A stretch of 64,000 nt of DNA from Vulcanimicrobiota bacterium (GCA_963812155.1 CAWETW010000003.1:544001-608000), one strand, 5' to 3'. Numbered from the stretch's first letter, positions 29,593 to 39,362 are shown. Notes: generated from the letters alone by a model not told the origin. Translations and numbers: made by a program.

Positions 29593-30161
29593 GCGTGACG
29601 GCGCGCGACGTGCTGGCGACGCTGACCGAGCGCGGCGCCCTGCTCGACGGACACTTTCGCTTGAGTTCCGGACGTCACAGCGACCGTTTCATCCAGAAGT
29701 TTCGAATTCTCGAGGATCCCGCGCAACTGGAACCGCTGGCGCGCGCGATCGCCGACGCATTTCGCGCCGTGCGGCCGACGGTGGTGGTCAGCGCCGCAGT
29801 CGGCGGCATCATCCTCGGTTACGAAGTCGCACGCCATCTGCGCGTGAAGTCGATCTTCGTCGAAAAGGAGCACGGCGTGCCGGTTTTGCGCCGCAACTTC
29901 GCATTGACGGCCGAGGATCGCGCGCTGATCGTGGAAGACGTCGTGACGACCGGACTCTCGGTCCGCGAAGTGATCGACGTCGTGCGCGCGCGCGGCGCGC
30001 AGGTGGCCGGCGTCGGCGTCATCGTGATGCGCGGCGAAGCCGATTTCGGCGTTCCGACGCACGCGCTGCTCGATCTGCCGATCGAATCGCACGATCCCGC
30101 GCACTGTCCTCAATGCGCTGCCGGGCAGCCGATCGACGATCCCGGATCGCGGCGTTCGTGA
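29589..30161 (+). CDS. pyrE: Orotate phosphoribosyltransferase
   Basis: GHFRLSSGRHS; PRPP motif LIVEDVVTTGLS. Confidence 0.93.
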   Translation: MSVTARDVLATLTERGALLDGHFRLSSGRHSDRFIQKFRILEDPAQLEPLARAIADAFRAVRPTVVVSAAVGGIILGYEVARHLRVKSIFVEKEHGVPVLRRNFALTAEDRALIVEDVVTTGLSVREVIDVVRARGAQVAGVGVIVMRGEADFGVPTHALLDLPIESHDPAHCPQCAAGQPIDDPGSRRS

Positions 30162-30622
30162 GCGTTGCCGTCCGGCACGCGCAGAACGACGCCGATCGCG
30201 CGTTCGTCGAAGATCTGGGACGGCGGAGCGCACCCAGCAGCGTCTCGTCGCTGCGGCCGGCGCTGCCGCAGACCGTGGCGGCTTCCTACGAGCGGTTGCT
30301 GGAGACGGTTGCGGCGCAGCCGCACCTCGTCCTCATCGCCGAGTGCGACGGCCGGCGCGCCGGTTTTGCGCTGCTGCTGAACGATCTTCCCGACGACGTG
30401 ACCGGAATGCCGCAGGCCTTTCTCGCCTATATGGCCGTCGAGCCCGCTCTGCGGCGGCGCGGAATCGGCGCCGCGTTGCTGCGCGCGGCCGAAGATGAGG
30501 CGAAGCTGCGTGGTTTGCCGTATATGGCGTTCATGGTCACCGACGAGAACGCGGCGGCCCGCGCGCTCTACGAAGGGGCAGGCTACGTTACCGAGCGGCG
30601 CCTGCTGTGCAAGGCACTGTGA
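30158..30622 (+). CDS. GNAT family N-acetyltransferase
   Basis: MAVEPALRRRGIGAALL; NAAARALYEGAGY. Confidence 0.85.
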   Translation: MSVAVRHAQNDADRAFVEDLGRRSAPSSVSSLRPALPQTVAASYERLLETVAAQPHLVLIAECDGRRAGFALLLNDLPDDVTGMPQAFLAYMAVEPALRRRGIGAALLRAAEDEAKLRGLPYMAFMVTDENAAARALYEGAGYVTERRLLCKAL

Positions 30623-31683
30623 GCGCCGACACCTGGCGTCGCGCCGGCTGGATCGTGGCGGGCATTTGCGTCGTCCTGCTGGCGTTCTGGTTCGCCGCGC
30701 ACATTCCGCGGACGCTCGCGATCTTTACGATCGCCGCATTCATCGCGTTCGGCGTCGGACCGATCGCGCGCCGGCTCGAACACCGGATGCCCAAACCGCT
30801 CGCGATTACCCTGGTCTTTGCCGCACTCATCCTACTCGTGGCCGTCGGCATGGTGATCTTCGTGCCGCTCACGATCAGTCAGGTGCAACTGCTTGCGAAC
30901 AATCTGCCGGGGTACGCCTCGAACGCGCAAGCGTGGCTGACGACGACCGAAAGCGACTTGAATCAGCACTTCCCGCAGTTGCGCCTGCCGGCCGAAGGCA
31001 TCAACTTTGCCGCAATCGGGAGCGGAAAAGCCGCCGGCGTCATCAGCGGCGTGCTTTCCTCGCTCGGCGCGATCGCGCTCAACACGGCGACCGCGTTCTT
31101 CATCGGATTTTCCGCGATCATTCTTTCGTTTTTCTTCTTGCTCAACGACGCGCAGATTGCGGAGTGGTTCGCCGGCATGTTCCCCGAGCGCAAGCGCGAG
31201 ACGGCGCGTAAACTCGCCGACGAAGTCACGCAGCTTTTCGGCAGCTATATTTCCGGGCAGGCCATCGTCTGCGCGATCACGGGCACCGTCATCGCGATCG
31301 CGTCGGCCGCGATCGGCTTCAAATTCTCGCTGATTTTGGGACTCGTCTCGGGAGTCGCCTACGCGGTTCCGATCATCGGGATGCTCGCCGCCGAGATCAT
31401 CGCCGTTCCGATGTGCTTGCCGCAAGGCTTCTGGATGGTGATCTGGGTGCAGGTCATCATGTTCGGCATGGCCCGCATCAGCGACAACGTGCTCGTGCCG
31501 AAAATCATGGGCGAATCGGTCGGCGTTTCACCGATCGGCGCCATGTTTGCCGTCTTCGCCGGCGGCGAACTGTTCGGCATTCCCGGCTTGATTCTCGGAA
31601 TACCGGTCGCAGCGCTCATAAAAATTCTGTGGCGCTACTTCATCGGTCCCTGGATTCACGCCCAATTGGACCGTAGCGCGTAA
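30619..31683 (+). CDS. AI-2E family transporter
   Basis: Multi-TM; YISGQ; NVLVPKIMGESVGVSP..GGELFGIPGLILGIP. Confidence 0.9.
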   Translation: MSADTWRRAGWIVAGICVVLLAFWFAAHIPRTLAIFTIAAFIAFGVGPIARRLEHRMPKPLAITLVFAALILLVAVGMVIFVPLTISQVQLLANNLPGYASNAQAWLTTTESDLNQHFPQLRLPAEGINFAAIGSGKAAGVISGVLSSLGAIALNTATAFFIGFSAIILSFFFLLNDAQIAEWFAGMFPERKRETARKLADEVTQLFGSYISGQAIVCAITGTVIAIASAAIGFKFSLILGLVSGVAYAVPIIGMLAAEIIAVPMCLPQGFWMVIWVQVIMFGMARISDNVLVPKIMGESVGVSPIGAMFAVFAGGELFGIPGLILGIPVAALIKILWRYFIGPWIHAQLDRSA

Positions 31684-31687
31684 GCGT

Positions 31688-31811
31688 TGTCATCCTGAGC
31701 GAAGGCGTGCGAAGCACGCCGTAGTCGAAGGACCGCTTGCCACTTCGTCCTTCGACTGCGCTCCCGTTCGACTCGCTACGCTCGCTCAGGATCGCTTCGC
31801 TCAGGATGACA
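31688..31811. repeat. Inverted pair of REP-like repeats (copies 4 and 5, REPIN-like)
   Basis: TGTCATCCTGAGCGAAG..GTCGAAGGAC followed by GTCCTTCGAC..GCTCAGGATGACA. Confidence 0.85.
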
Positions 31812-31819
31812 TATGCGTG

Positions 31820-32509
31820 TTAGTTGCCTGGGTATTTGTAGCGCATCACCTTTGTGAGATCGATGCCGCGCGTGATGCCGTTCGCGTTGTACGCGAGCCC
31901 CCACGAATCGATTGACGACATGTCTGGGAAGATGCACGCTTCGAGATCTTGATCGGTCGAGTTGAGGTTGACCCAGCTGCCGCCGGCGCCGCTGTTGCCG
32001 CCGAACTGGTCGGAGGCTCCGAGCAACGTACAGTAGCACGATGCCGGATTACCCTGGCACGAGCCGGTCGGCGGTTTGAGGATAAAGGCCAGCGCCGCGA
32101 GCGACGGCTTCTTCGAATAGAGCGTCGTCAGCAGAATGTGAATGCGCGAACCGTCCGACGCCGAGGTGTATTGGCAGAAGGGTTGGCGACCCGCGAGCAC
32201 CAGCGGATTGGAGCCATTGGTATCGTACTCCGGAATGCGCATGTAGACCGTACCGCCGGTCTTCGTGCAGTAGTTGGCGGCCGCGGTCTCGTCGGGCGAA
32301 ACGGCGGTGGACGCGCTCGAGTCGAGACCCACGCTGCGCTGCGTAGTAGCGGCGACGTGGCGCAGGGCCGCCCCGAACGAACCGTGGACGGCGGCGGGAG
32401 CCGCGCCGTTGGGGGCTGCCGATTGGGCGCCGCCGAGGCCGGAGGCCCCGGAGCAGCCTGAAACGATGATTGAAGCGGCAACAACGGCCGCCGCGAGCGA
32501 CAACTTCAT
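31820..32509 (-). CDS. Cys-rich lipoprotein with DUF333-like repeats
   Basis: Lipobox VSGC; AAANYCTKTGG; NPASCYCTLLG..ACIFPDMSSIDSWGL. Confidence 0.7.
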   Translation of the reverse strand: MKLSLAAAVVAASIIVSGCSGASGLGGAQSAAPNGAAPAAVHGSFGAALRHVAATTQRSVGLDSSASTAVSPDETAAANYCTKTGGTVYMRIPEYDTNGSNPLVLAGRQPFCQYTSASDGSRIHILLTTLYSKKPSLAALAFILKPPTGSCQGNPASCYCTLLGASDQFGGNSGAGGSWVNLNSTDQDLEACIFPDMSSIDSWGLAYNANGITRGIDLTKVMRYKYPGN

Positions 32510-32558
32510 GAGCGAAACTCCTCAGAAAAGGAAATAGCCTTGAAAAAAAGGACTAGGA

Positions 32559-32576
32559 CCGCATAGTACTCTGCGG
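32559..32576. promoter_or_regulatory. 18-bp palindrome (candidate operator) overlapping a TACTAT -10-like hexamer
   Basis: CCGCATAGTACTCTGCGG; 16 of 18 positions are symmetric. Confidence 0.5.
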
Positions 32577-32577
32577 A

Positions 32578-34122
32578 CTACGAGATTCCCTTCGCTCGCT
32601 CTGGGCGCACCCGCGAGCGCAGTTCCTTTTGCGAGTGGACCCCGAGCGCGGCGTAGACGGCGCCCGCATGGTTGCGGATCGTGTTCAGGCTCCGGTTCAG
32701 GTGCGCCGCGACCTCGCTCAGCGAAAACCCGTCGGCGAGCAGGTGGAACACCTGCCACTGCGCCGGCGTGAGCCGTACGCCGGGAACGACGTTGGTGAAG
32801 CCGAGCCGTTCGGCCGCTTCGCGGTACTCCGCCGCCAGCCAGCTGCGCTCGTAACGGGCCAGTTTCTTACGCGCGTTTTCGAGATGGCGCTGATCGCCCG
32901 AGACGCCGGCCAGTTCGAGCGCGGCCTTTCCGGCGCGCCAGTCGAAGCCGATTTCATCGTAGATTTCGTAACACTCTTCGAGCGCGCGAACGGCCTCGTT
33001 GAGTTTTCCTTGGGCCGCGCTCACGACGCCCTTCGTGCCGCTGACGAGCGCGCGATCCACGCGGTCGTGCCGGCGCGTATTGGCGGCCGACAATCGCTGA
33101 TGGAACATTTGAAAGCGCGCGACGTATTCGCTGGCTTTGGTGGGGTTGACGTGCGCGTACAGCTCGGCCAGACTGGCCAGCACGATCGAGGAGTCGTCGC
33201 GTTCGTCGCGCTGCGCTTCCCACGAGACGCGACGGCAGAGCTCGTCGGCTTGGCTCGTCTCCTGTTCCGCCCACAGCCGTTCGCGCAGTCCCCTCGCGAG
33301 GTGCGCGCGGTCGGCGTGATTGAGCGCGCGCAGCGCGTCGCGGACCGGAAACTCGACCGCGCGTTTGAGAAAACGGAACGCGCTGAACGAATCGCCGGCG
33401 AGCGCGTGCCACCAGCTCAACGCGCGGCAGATGAAGAAGTGCCAGACCGCGATGCCCTCGTGCCAGGGAACGCGCTCGAAGTGCTCCTCGACCATCGTTG
33501 CGAGCGTCGGCTCCCAAAACTCCACGACGATTTCGGCCAGCATGTGGAGGATGCTGCAGAGCGCCCACAGGTTCGGCGATTCGCGCGCGTGCAGTTCGAC
33601 GAGGGCTTGCACGAGCACGGGAATCTGCGCGCGGTAGTATTCGCGATGCCGCAGGAGCACGGCAGACATGGCGGCGCCCTGCGCGCGAATGTCGGGATTG
33701 GCGGCCGCCGCAATCGTAGGAAGGAGCGGTTCGATGCGGTCGATGCGGCTCTGAAGCATGAGCGAAACGCTGCGGTAGAGCGCGACTTTGGCGAGCAGAT
33801 CCGAGTCGCCGCCGCAATCGGCCGCGGCTCGCGCGAGATGTTCCTCGGCTTCTTCGTATTCGCCGATGCGGCTGAGCGCGTTGCCCCAAATGATTTCGGC
33901 TTCGGCGCGGAAATGCGCCCGTTCGCGTCCGTGCAGCATCGAGCCCGCGAGCGCCACCGCCGCGGCCGGGTCGCGCACGACGAGCAGCCGCGCCTTCAAC
34001 AGCAGTGCCTCGCCGCGCAACTCTTGCGGCGGAAGCTCGTCGAGCACGGCTTCGGCTTCTCGCCAGCGTGCCTGTTGCCACAAATCCTGTGCGGCGCGAA
34101 GTTGCGCCGGCGGCTTACTCAC
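32578..34122 (-). CDS. TPR-like repeat protein with C-terminal LuxR HTH
   Basis: Helical repeats; LTPAQWQVFHLLADGFSLSEVAAHLNRSLNTIRNHAGAVYAALGVHS; GTG start at 34122. Confidence 0.85.
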   Translation of the reverse strand: MSKPPAQLRAAQDLWQQARWREAEAVLDELPPQELRGEALLLKARLLVVRDPAAAVALAGSMLHGRERAHFRAEAEIIWGNALSRIGEYEEAEEHLARAAADCGGDSDLLAKVALYRSVSLMLQSRIDRIEPLLPTIAAAANPDIRAQGAAMSAVLLRHREYYRAQIPVLVQALVELHARESPNLWALCSILHMLAEIVVEFWEPTLATMVEEHFERVPWHEGIAVWHFFICRALSWWHALAGDSFSAFRFLKRAVEFPVRDALRALNHADRAHLARGLRERLWAEQETSQADELCRRVSWEAQRDERDDSSIVLASLAELYAHVNPTKASEYVARFQMFHQRLSAANTRRHDRVDRALVSGTKGVVSAAQGKLNEAVRALEECYEIYDEIGFDWRAGKAALELAGVSGDQRHLENARKKLARYERSWLAAEYREAAERLGFTNVVPGVRLTPAQWQVFHLLADGFSLSEVAAHLNRSLNTIRNHAGAVYAALGVHSQKELRSRVRPERAKGIS

Positions 34123-34151
34123 GCGGCGAAATTTCGGCGCCGGGGCGTGCG

Positions 34152-35891
34152 TTACCCTGACGGCGACACGGCGACCGCGATGCCGTCGTCGTAGCGCTCG
34201 CGACCCCGGCACGCCCGCGCCGCGCGCAACCGGTCCGCATTGAAAGCGTCGGGGCGGTCGTCTTCGGCGATGGCAAGCATCAGCACGCGCTCTCGCTCTG
34301 CCGTGAGGCAGGGCGTGGCGTCGGGAAGGTCGATCGCGCGTGCCGCCGGGTCGAGCACGTTGACGATGCCGGCACGCAATCCCCAGCCGCCCACTGCGGG
34401 CGGCCGCGAACGCGCGATCCAAGCGTAGACGCCGGTGGTGCGCCCGTTTACGCGCAGGCCCTCGGCGTAGTATGCAACGGGATCGCGCGTCGCCAAGATC
34501 GTCGCCACGATCGCGGCGGCAGCAAATCCGGCCGGAAGCAGCCAGCGTAAGAATTTCAATCTCGCGAGCGCCGTGTTGGCCGCCGCAATGGCGGCGATCG
34601 CGAACGCAACGTGCGTGCCGCCGTCGTTCCAATAGGTCGCCATGACTTGGCCCGCGCCGTACGCCGTGCAGAGCAGCAGCAAGGCGACCGCGGCGTACGG
34701 CCAGCGCGCGGCGACGCGCGCGAGCAACAGGGCGCCGAGGACGAGCGCGGGCGCCGCGTAGCGCAGCGACGCGCCGGTTGCGAGTTGCGGATGACGGTCG
34801 GCGTAGGCCAGCGGCATCACGAGAAACCAGAGGAACGCGCACAAGGCTGCGACGCCGAGTTTGCGCCGCTCCTCCCCCGCGAGCAACGGTCCGAACACTG
34901 CGGCCAGGAGTGCCGGTAACACAAACGGCGACGCGGCGGCCGCCACGCGCGCGAGCAGCCACAGCGCGGGTATGCCGTGCGCGATAATCAGCGTATCGGG
35001 CTTATTACCCGTCGACGAACCGGCGGGCGCTACGATCGACGCGTGCCACAATATTGCGTCGTGGGCAATCCATACCCCGATCGCCGCCGCCGCCGCGATC
35101 CACACGCGCAACGGCGCGCGCGACGCGGCCGCGGCGACCGCGGCGAAGATCCATCCATACGGTTTCAGCAATGCGGTGAAGGCAACGGTCCGTGCCGCCG
35201 CGCCCGTTTGGCGCTGCAGCACCCACAGCGATTCGAGAAAGAAGGCGGCAAGCCACACGTCGTTCTGCAGCGAACCGGCTTGCAGCGCAAGCGGCGTCAT
35301 CGTGACGGTTGCAGCCGCCAGCGCGTCGGCGAGCCACGTGGGCAAACCAAACTCGGCGCTCGCCCAATCGGCGACGCGAAATCCGATCAGCGCAAGTGCG
35401 CCGAAGCCGCTCCATCCAAGCCCGAACGGACCGGAAACCGCGAAGAGTCCCGAAGCGAAAATCTCCGAGCCGGGCGGATACCACCAGTAGCGCGGATCGG
35501 TCGTCCACAATCCGTGCGCGTGCACCCACGCAGCGGCATTGGGGAGGTGGTACGACAGCGTGTCGCCGTCGAGAAGGGGACGCATCAACGGCGGCCACGC
35601 TACCAGTGCGAGCGCCGCGATCAATACGTAGGGAGGCCGCGAGCGCTGCGCGGATCCCTCGGCTGCCGGCGACGCGCGCCGGTACGCGATCGCGACGCAC
35701 ATCGCGAGTACGATCCAACATGCGGCTGGATAGAGCAGATCGACGATCCCCAGCGCGAACGGAATCGCAGCGCCGAGGATCAGCGCGTCGCGCAGCCGAT
35801 CGGCGAACGCGTAGCGTGCGCCGTGTCGTAACGCAGGCGCCGCGGCGAGGAGCCCGAGCAGCCAGAGCGCCGAGAGAAAGCCGGCGATCAA
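34152..35891 (-). CDS. Polytopic membrane protein, GT-C glycosyltransferase-like
   Basis: More than 10 TMs; DGDTLSYHLP..WYPPGSE loop; start uncertain. Confidence 0.65.
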   Translation of the reverse strand: MIAGFLSALWLLGLLAAAPALRHGARYAFADRLRDALILGAAIPFALGIVDLLYPAACWIVLAMCVAIAYRRASPAAEGSAQRSRPPYVLIAALALVAWPPLMRPLLDGDTLSYHLPNAAAWVHAHGLWTTDPRYWWYPPGSEIFASGLFAVSGPFGLGWSGFGALALIGFRVADWASAEFGLPTWLADALAAATVTMTPLALQAGSLQNDVWLAAFFLESLWVLQRQTGAAARTVAFTALLKPYGWIFAAVAAAASRAPLRVWIAAAAAIGVWIAHDAILWHASIVAPAGSSTGNKPDTLIIAHGIPALWLLARVAAAASPFVLPALLAAVFGPLLAGEERRKLGVAALCAFLWFLVMPLAYADRHPQLATGASLRYAAPALVLGALLLARVAARWPYAAVALLLLCTAYGAGQVMATYWNDGGTHVAFAIAAIAAANTALARLKFLRWLLPAGFAAAAIVATILATRDPVAYYAEGLRVNGRTTGVYAWIARSRPPAVGGWGLRAGIVNVLDPAARAIDLPDATPCLTAERERVLMLAIAEDDRPDAFNADRLRAARACRGRERYDDGIAVAVSPSG

Positions 35892-35904
35892 CCCGACGGC
35901 CCGT

Positions 35905-37596
35905 TTACATCGAATCGGGCGCGCTAACGCCCAAAATGCCGAGCGCCGCGGCCAGCACGTTTTTCGTGGCGATGCAGAGCGCCAGGCGCGCTTCACGCGT
36001 TCGCGGATCGTCGGTGAGAATCTTACACTCGGTGTAGAACGCGTGAAAATCGGATGCAACGTCGCGCGCGTAGCGTGCCAGCCGGTGCGGCGCGAGCTGT
36101 TTCGCGACGTTTTCGACGACGCGCGGAAACTCGACGAGGCGGCGTATCAGTGCGATTTCCGCCGGATGCACGAGCGTGCGCAGCGCTTCTTCGGACGGCG
36201 CGGCGGCCGCGTCGCCCGCGTTGCGCAAGACCGAAGCGATGCGCGCGTGGCCGTACTGCACGTAGTAAACCGGGTTCTCGTCGTTGCGCGCCACCGCCAG
36301 CGCCAAGTCGAACGTCAACGGCGACTCGGGCGCGAGCATCACGAAGAAGAAGCGGGCGGCGTCGTTACCGACCTCGTCGAGAATGCCGTCGAGCGTTTCG
36401 ATGTTCCCGGCGCGTTTGCTCATGCTGACTTGGTCGTCGCCGCGCATCAGCGTGATTTGCCCGGAGATCAGCACGTCGAGCTTGCCCGGAAAACCCAAGC
36501 CCGCCGCCAGCGCCTGCAGCCGCGACACGTAGCCGTGATGGTCGGGCCCGAGAATATCGACGACGCGATCGGCGCGTTGGAGTTTCTGGTGGTGGTACGT
36601 GACGTCGAGCGCGTAGTACGTGGGGCGGCCGTCGCCACGCAGCACGACGCGGTCTTTATCGTCGCCGAACTGCGTCGTGCGGAAGAAGAGCGCTCCGTCG
36701 CTTTCATAGGTCAGGCCGAGCTCGCGCGCGCGCTCGACGCCTTCGGCGATCTTTCCGGTGTCGTGCAGTTCCTTTTCGCTTTGCCAGAGATCGTAGTGAA
36801 CGCCGAAGCGCGCGGCAGTCTGCTGCTGCTCGCGCACGATTTCGTCGCGGCCGTAGGTTTGGAAGTGCGGGATCCATTCCGCTTCCGGCGCATTCGCCCA
36901 GTGCGGACCGTCGCGGTCGTACAGGGCGCGCGCGATCGGCAGCAGATATTCGCCGGGATACCCGTCGTCGGGGAACGGAAACGCCGGGTCGTCGATCTGG
37001 CGATAGCGCGCGTAGAGTGAACGGGCCAAGCGCTCCATCTGGGCGCCGGCGTCGTTGACGATCCATTCCGTGAAGACGTCGTATCCGCAGAAGCGCATCG
37101 CGTTGGCGAGCGCGTCGCCGATCGATAGCGCGCGACCCTGCACGACGACCAGCGGCCCGGTCGGATTCGCACTTCCGAATTCGAGCGACACGCGTTCTCC
37201 GTTGCGTGGGAGTATGCCGAAGCGCTCACCGTTGCGAACCATATCGGCAAGTTCGTTTTGCCAGAGGGCCGGGGCAAGGCGAAGATTGATGAAGCCGCCC
37301 TCTGCTCGAATCTCGCTAAATTGTTCCGTGAGTCGCGGCTCGCGGGTGATGGAATCGTTTATCAGGTCGGTGGCAATCTGCTGTGGTGAGCGACGCGCAA
37401 TCTTCGCAAGCGAAAAGGCCAGATTCGTCGCCCTGTCTCCAAACTCGGCTCGCCTCGGTAACTCAAATTTAATAGAATCGGCGCCGATTTCGGCGCCGTA
37501 CAACGCCGTGGCCGATGCGGCCATTGCCGTCGCGGCACGCGATAGCGCATCGGTAAAGCTGCCGGCTGTTGGCGGCTCGGCGTGGTTGCGCTGCAT
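35905..37596 (-). CDS. argS: Arginine--tRNA ligase
   Basis: EFGSANPTGPL, GDDKDRV, GPDHHGY, MSKRAG, NPVYYVQYGHARI. Confidence 0.95.
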   Translation of the reverse strand: MQRNHAEPPTAGSFTDALSRAATAMAASATALYGAEIGADSIKFELPRRAEFGDRATNLAFSLAKIARRSPQQIATDLINDSITREPRLTEQFSEIRAEGGFINLRLAPALWQNELADMVRNGERFGILPRNGERVSLEFGSANPTGPLVVVQGRALSIGDALANAMRFCGYDVFTEWIVNDAGAQMERLARSLYARYRQIDDPAFPFPDDGYPGEYLLPIARALYDRDGPHWANAPEAEWIPHFQTYGRDEIVREQQQTAARFGVHYDLWQSEKELHDTGKIAEGVERARELGLTYESDGALFFRTTQFGDDKDRVVLRGDGRPTYYALDVTYHHQKLQRADRVVDILGPDHHGYVSRLQALAAGLGFPGKLDVLISGQITLMRGDDQVSMSKRAGNIETLDGILDEVGNDAARFFFVMLAPESPLTFDLALAVARNDENPVYYVQYGHARIASVLRNAGDAAAAPSEEALRTLVHPAEIALIRRLVEFPRVVENVAKQLAPHRLARYARDVASDFHAFYTECKILTDDPRTREARLALCIATKNVLAAALGILGVSAPDSM

Positions 37597-37680
37597 GTGT
37601 GCTAGCGCGATACCGCTAGTTTGGGGCGCCCTAGGGGCCCCACGAAGTGGGGGGCACGGAGCCTGGGGCGAAGCGCCTTA

Positions 37681-38142
37681 TTACTTGTGATAGGGCTCAT
37701 TGCGCGCGATCTTCGCCGCGCGATAGAGTTGTTCCAGCACGAGCGCGCGCGCCCACTCGTGGAGGAACGTCAGCTGCGAAAGCGACCATTGAAACTCGGC
37801 GCGCACCTTCAACGTCGGATCGGCGCCGTGCGCGCCCGCGATCACGAGGGTCAACCGGCGCGCTCCGGTGCTTCGAACGGTGTCGAGACGGCGCGCGAGT
37901 TCCTCGCTGGTTAACTCGGTGCCGCCGCGTTCGAGCAGCCACATGCGATCGTCTTCGCGTACGTGACGCATGATGCGCGCCGCTTCGTCGCGCATCGCGG
38001 CTCGCGGATCCTTGCCGTCGCCCGCGCGCACTTCGATTTCTTCGTACGAATGATAGGGAGCCAGCCGCTTGCGGAGGTCGTCGCAGAGCGCGGCGACGTG
38101 CGGGGAGCGCAGCCGGTCGACTGCAATCAGCCGAACGATCAC
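37681..38142 (-). CDS. rlmH: 23S rRNA m3Psi1915 methyltransferase
   Basis: WSLSQLTFLHEWARALVLEQLYRA..NEPYHK. Confidence 0.93.
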   Translation of the reverse strand: MIVRLIAVDRLRSPHVAALCDDLRKRLAPYHSYEEIEVRAGDGKDPRAAMRDEAARIMRHVREDDRMWLLERGGTELTSEELARRLDTVRSTGARRLTLVIAGAHGADPTLKVRAEFQWSLSQLTFLHEWARALVLEQLYRAAKIARNEPYHK

Positions 38143-39008
38143 GCGCGACGCTCGACGACGGCAAACGTGCAGGGCGTTCGGGTTTCGATCGCGCCTTCGA
38201 GCTCCAGCACCGCGAGTTCGGCGAGCACCTGCGCCGGCGGAAGTTGAGTGGCCGCGACGAGATCGTCCAACGTTCCGGCGGCGTTTCGGAGCGCTGCGAG
38301 CACCGGACCGTCCGGCTCGTGCTTCGACGGCGTCGCCGGCGGCCGTAGCGGCAGGGCCATTTGCCCGATTGCCTCGAGCACGTCGCCGGCATGGCGCGCA
38401 AGCACCGCACCGTCGCGGATCAGTGCGAGGCAGCCCTGGACGTGGCGGCGGTCGACGTCGCCCGGCATGGCAAGGACCGGCACGCGTCCGGCGGCCCAGC
38501 CGGCCGTGTTGAGGGCGCCGCTGCGCGCCGGCGCCTCGACCACGACGACGGCGTCGGCGAGGGCGGCAACGATGCCGTTGCGCGCGAGAAACTGGCCCGG
38601 ACGCGCTTCCTGCTCGGGGGGATACGGCGACAGCACCGCACCGCCGGCCGCGACGATTCGCTCGGCCAAGCCGCGATTGCGCGACGGAAAAAACTGCCGG
38701 TGCCCCGCGCCGAGCACGCCGATCGTCGGGGCGCTTGCATCGAGAGCGCCTTCGTGCGCGGCGGCGTCGATTCCGAGGGCGAGTCCCGAGACGATGCTGC
38801 AGCCGGCCCTTCCCAGATCGGCGGCGAGCTCCCGGGCGAGACGCTTACCCAGCGGGGTAGCGGCGCGCGTGCCGACGACGGCGACGCAGGGTGCGGCGAG
38901 GCCGCGGAGGCTGCCCGCGCACCACAAGCCTGCGGCGGCCGCGTCGAAGGGCCGTTCGCCTCGGGCGGCACGGATCGCCGCCGCCGGCTCGAACACGGGA
39001 TCGTCCAT
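38139..39008 (-). CDS. dprA: DNA-processing protein DprA
   Basis: VAVVGTR, IVSGLALGIDAAAH, FLARNGIV, VVVEAPARSGALNTA. Confidence 0.93.
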   Translation of the reverse strand: MDDPVFEPAAAIRAARGERPFDAAAAGLWCAGSLRGLAAPCVAVVGTRAATPLGKRLARELAADLGRAGCSIVSGLALGIDAAAHEGALDASAPTIGVLGAGHRQFFPSRNRGLAERIVAAGGAVLSPYPPEQEARPGQFLARNGIVAALADAVVVVEAPARSGALNTAGWAAGRVPVLAMPGDVDRRHVQGCLALIRDGAVLARHAGDVLEAIGQMALPLRPPATPSKHEPDGPVLAALRNAAGTLDDLVAATQLPPAQVLAELAVLELEGAIETRTPCTFAVVERRA

Positions 39009-39084
39009 CGCCCTCCCTTCACGCGCCGCCGGGGGGAATCGCGGGAGGCCACGGGAATAGGCAGCCCGCACGGAGGTACCCGAG

Positions 39085-39234
39085 GTGGCAGCAGAAGCGT
39101 ATTGCGTTAAGTGCAAGGCGAAGCGAGAGATCCAAGACGCCGTTCAAACGACTATGAAGAACGGCCGACCCGCAACCGTCGGTAAATGTGGCGTATGCGG
39201 GACCAAAATGTTCAAAATCGGCGCGGCCGGCTAG
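39085..39234 (+). CDS. 49-aa zinc-ribbon protein (DUF5679-like)
   Basis: GGAGG SD; (M)AAEAYCVKCKAKREIQDAVQTTMKNGRPATVGKCGVCGTKMFKIGAAG; not in the ORF track. Confidence 0.85.
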   Translation: MAAEAYCVKCKAKREIQDAVQTTMKNGRPATVGKCGVCGTKMFKIGAAG

Positions 39235-39307
39235 TTTCCCTCGGCCGATCCGTTCGGACGGACCGCTCACGCGGTCCTTTTTGGTTTCCCAGGCAGCGAT
39301 AGTAACG

Positions 39308-39337
39308 TATAATACCAGGACCCACTACATATTGGGT
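39308..39337 (+). promoter_or_regulatory. -10 TATAAT (39308-39313) followed by an NrdR box (39322-39337)
   Basis: CCACTACATATTGGGT versus consensus acaCwAtATaTwGtgt. Confidence 0.75.
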
Positions 39338-39362
39338 ACCGCCGCCCTTTGGGAGACCGCCC

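Noticed and set aside
37597..37680. T-box leader upstream of argS
   Set aside because: The gap is only 84 bp with no T-box consensus; it contains short GC hairpins only.
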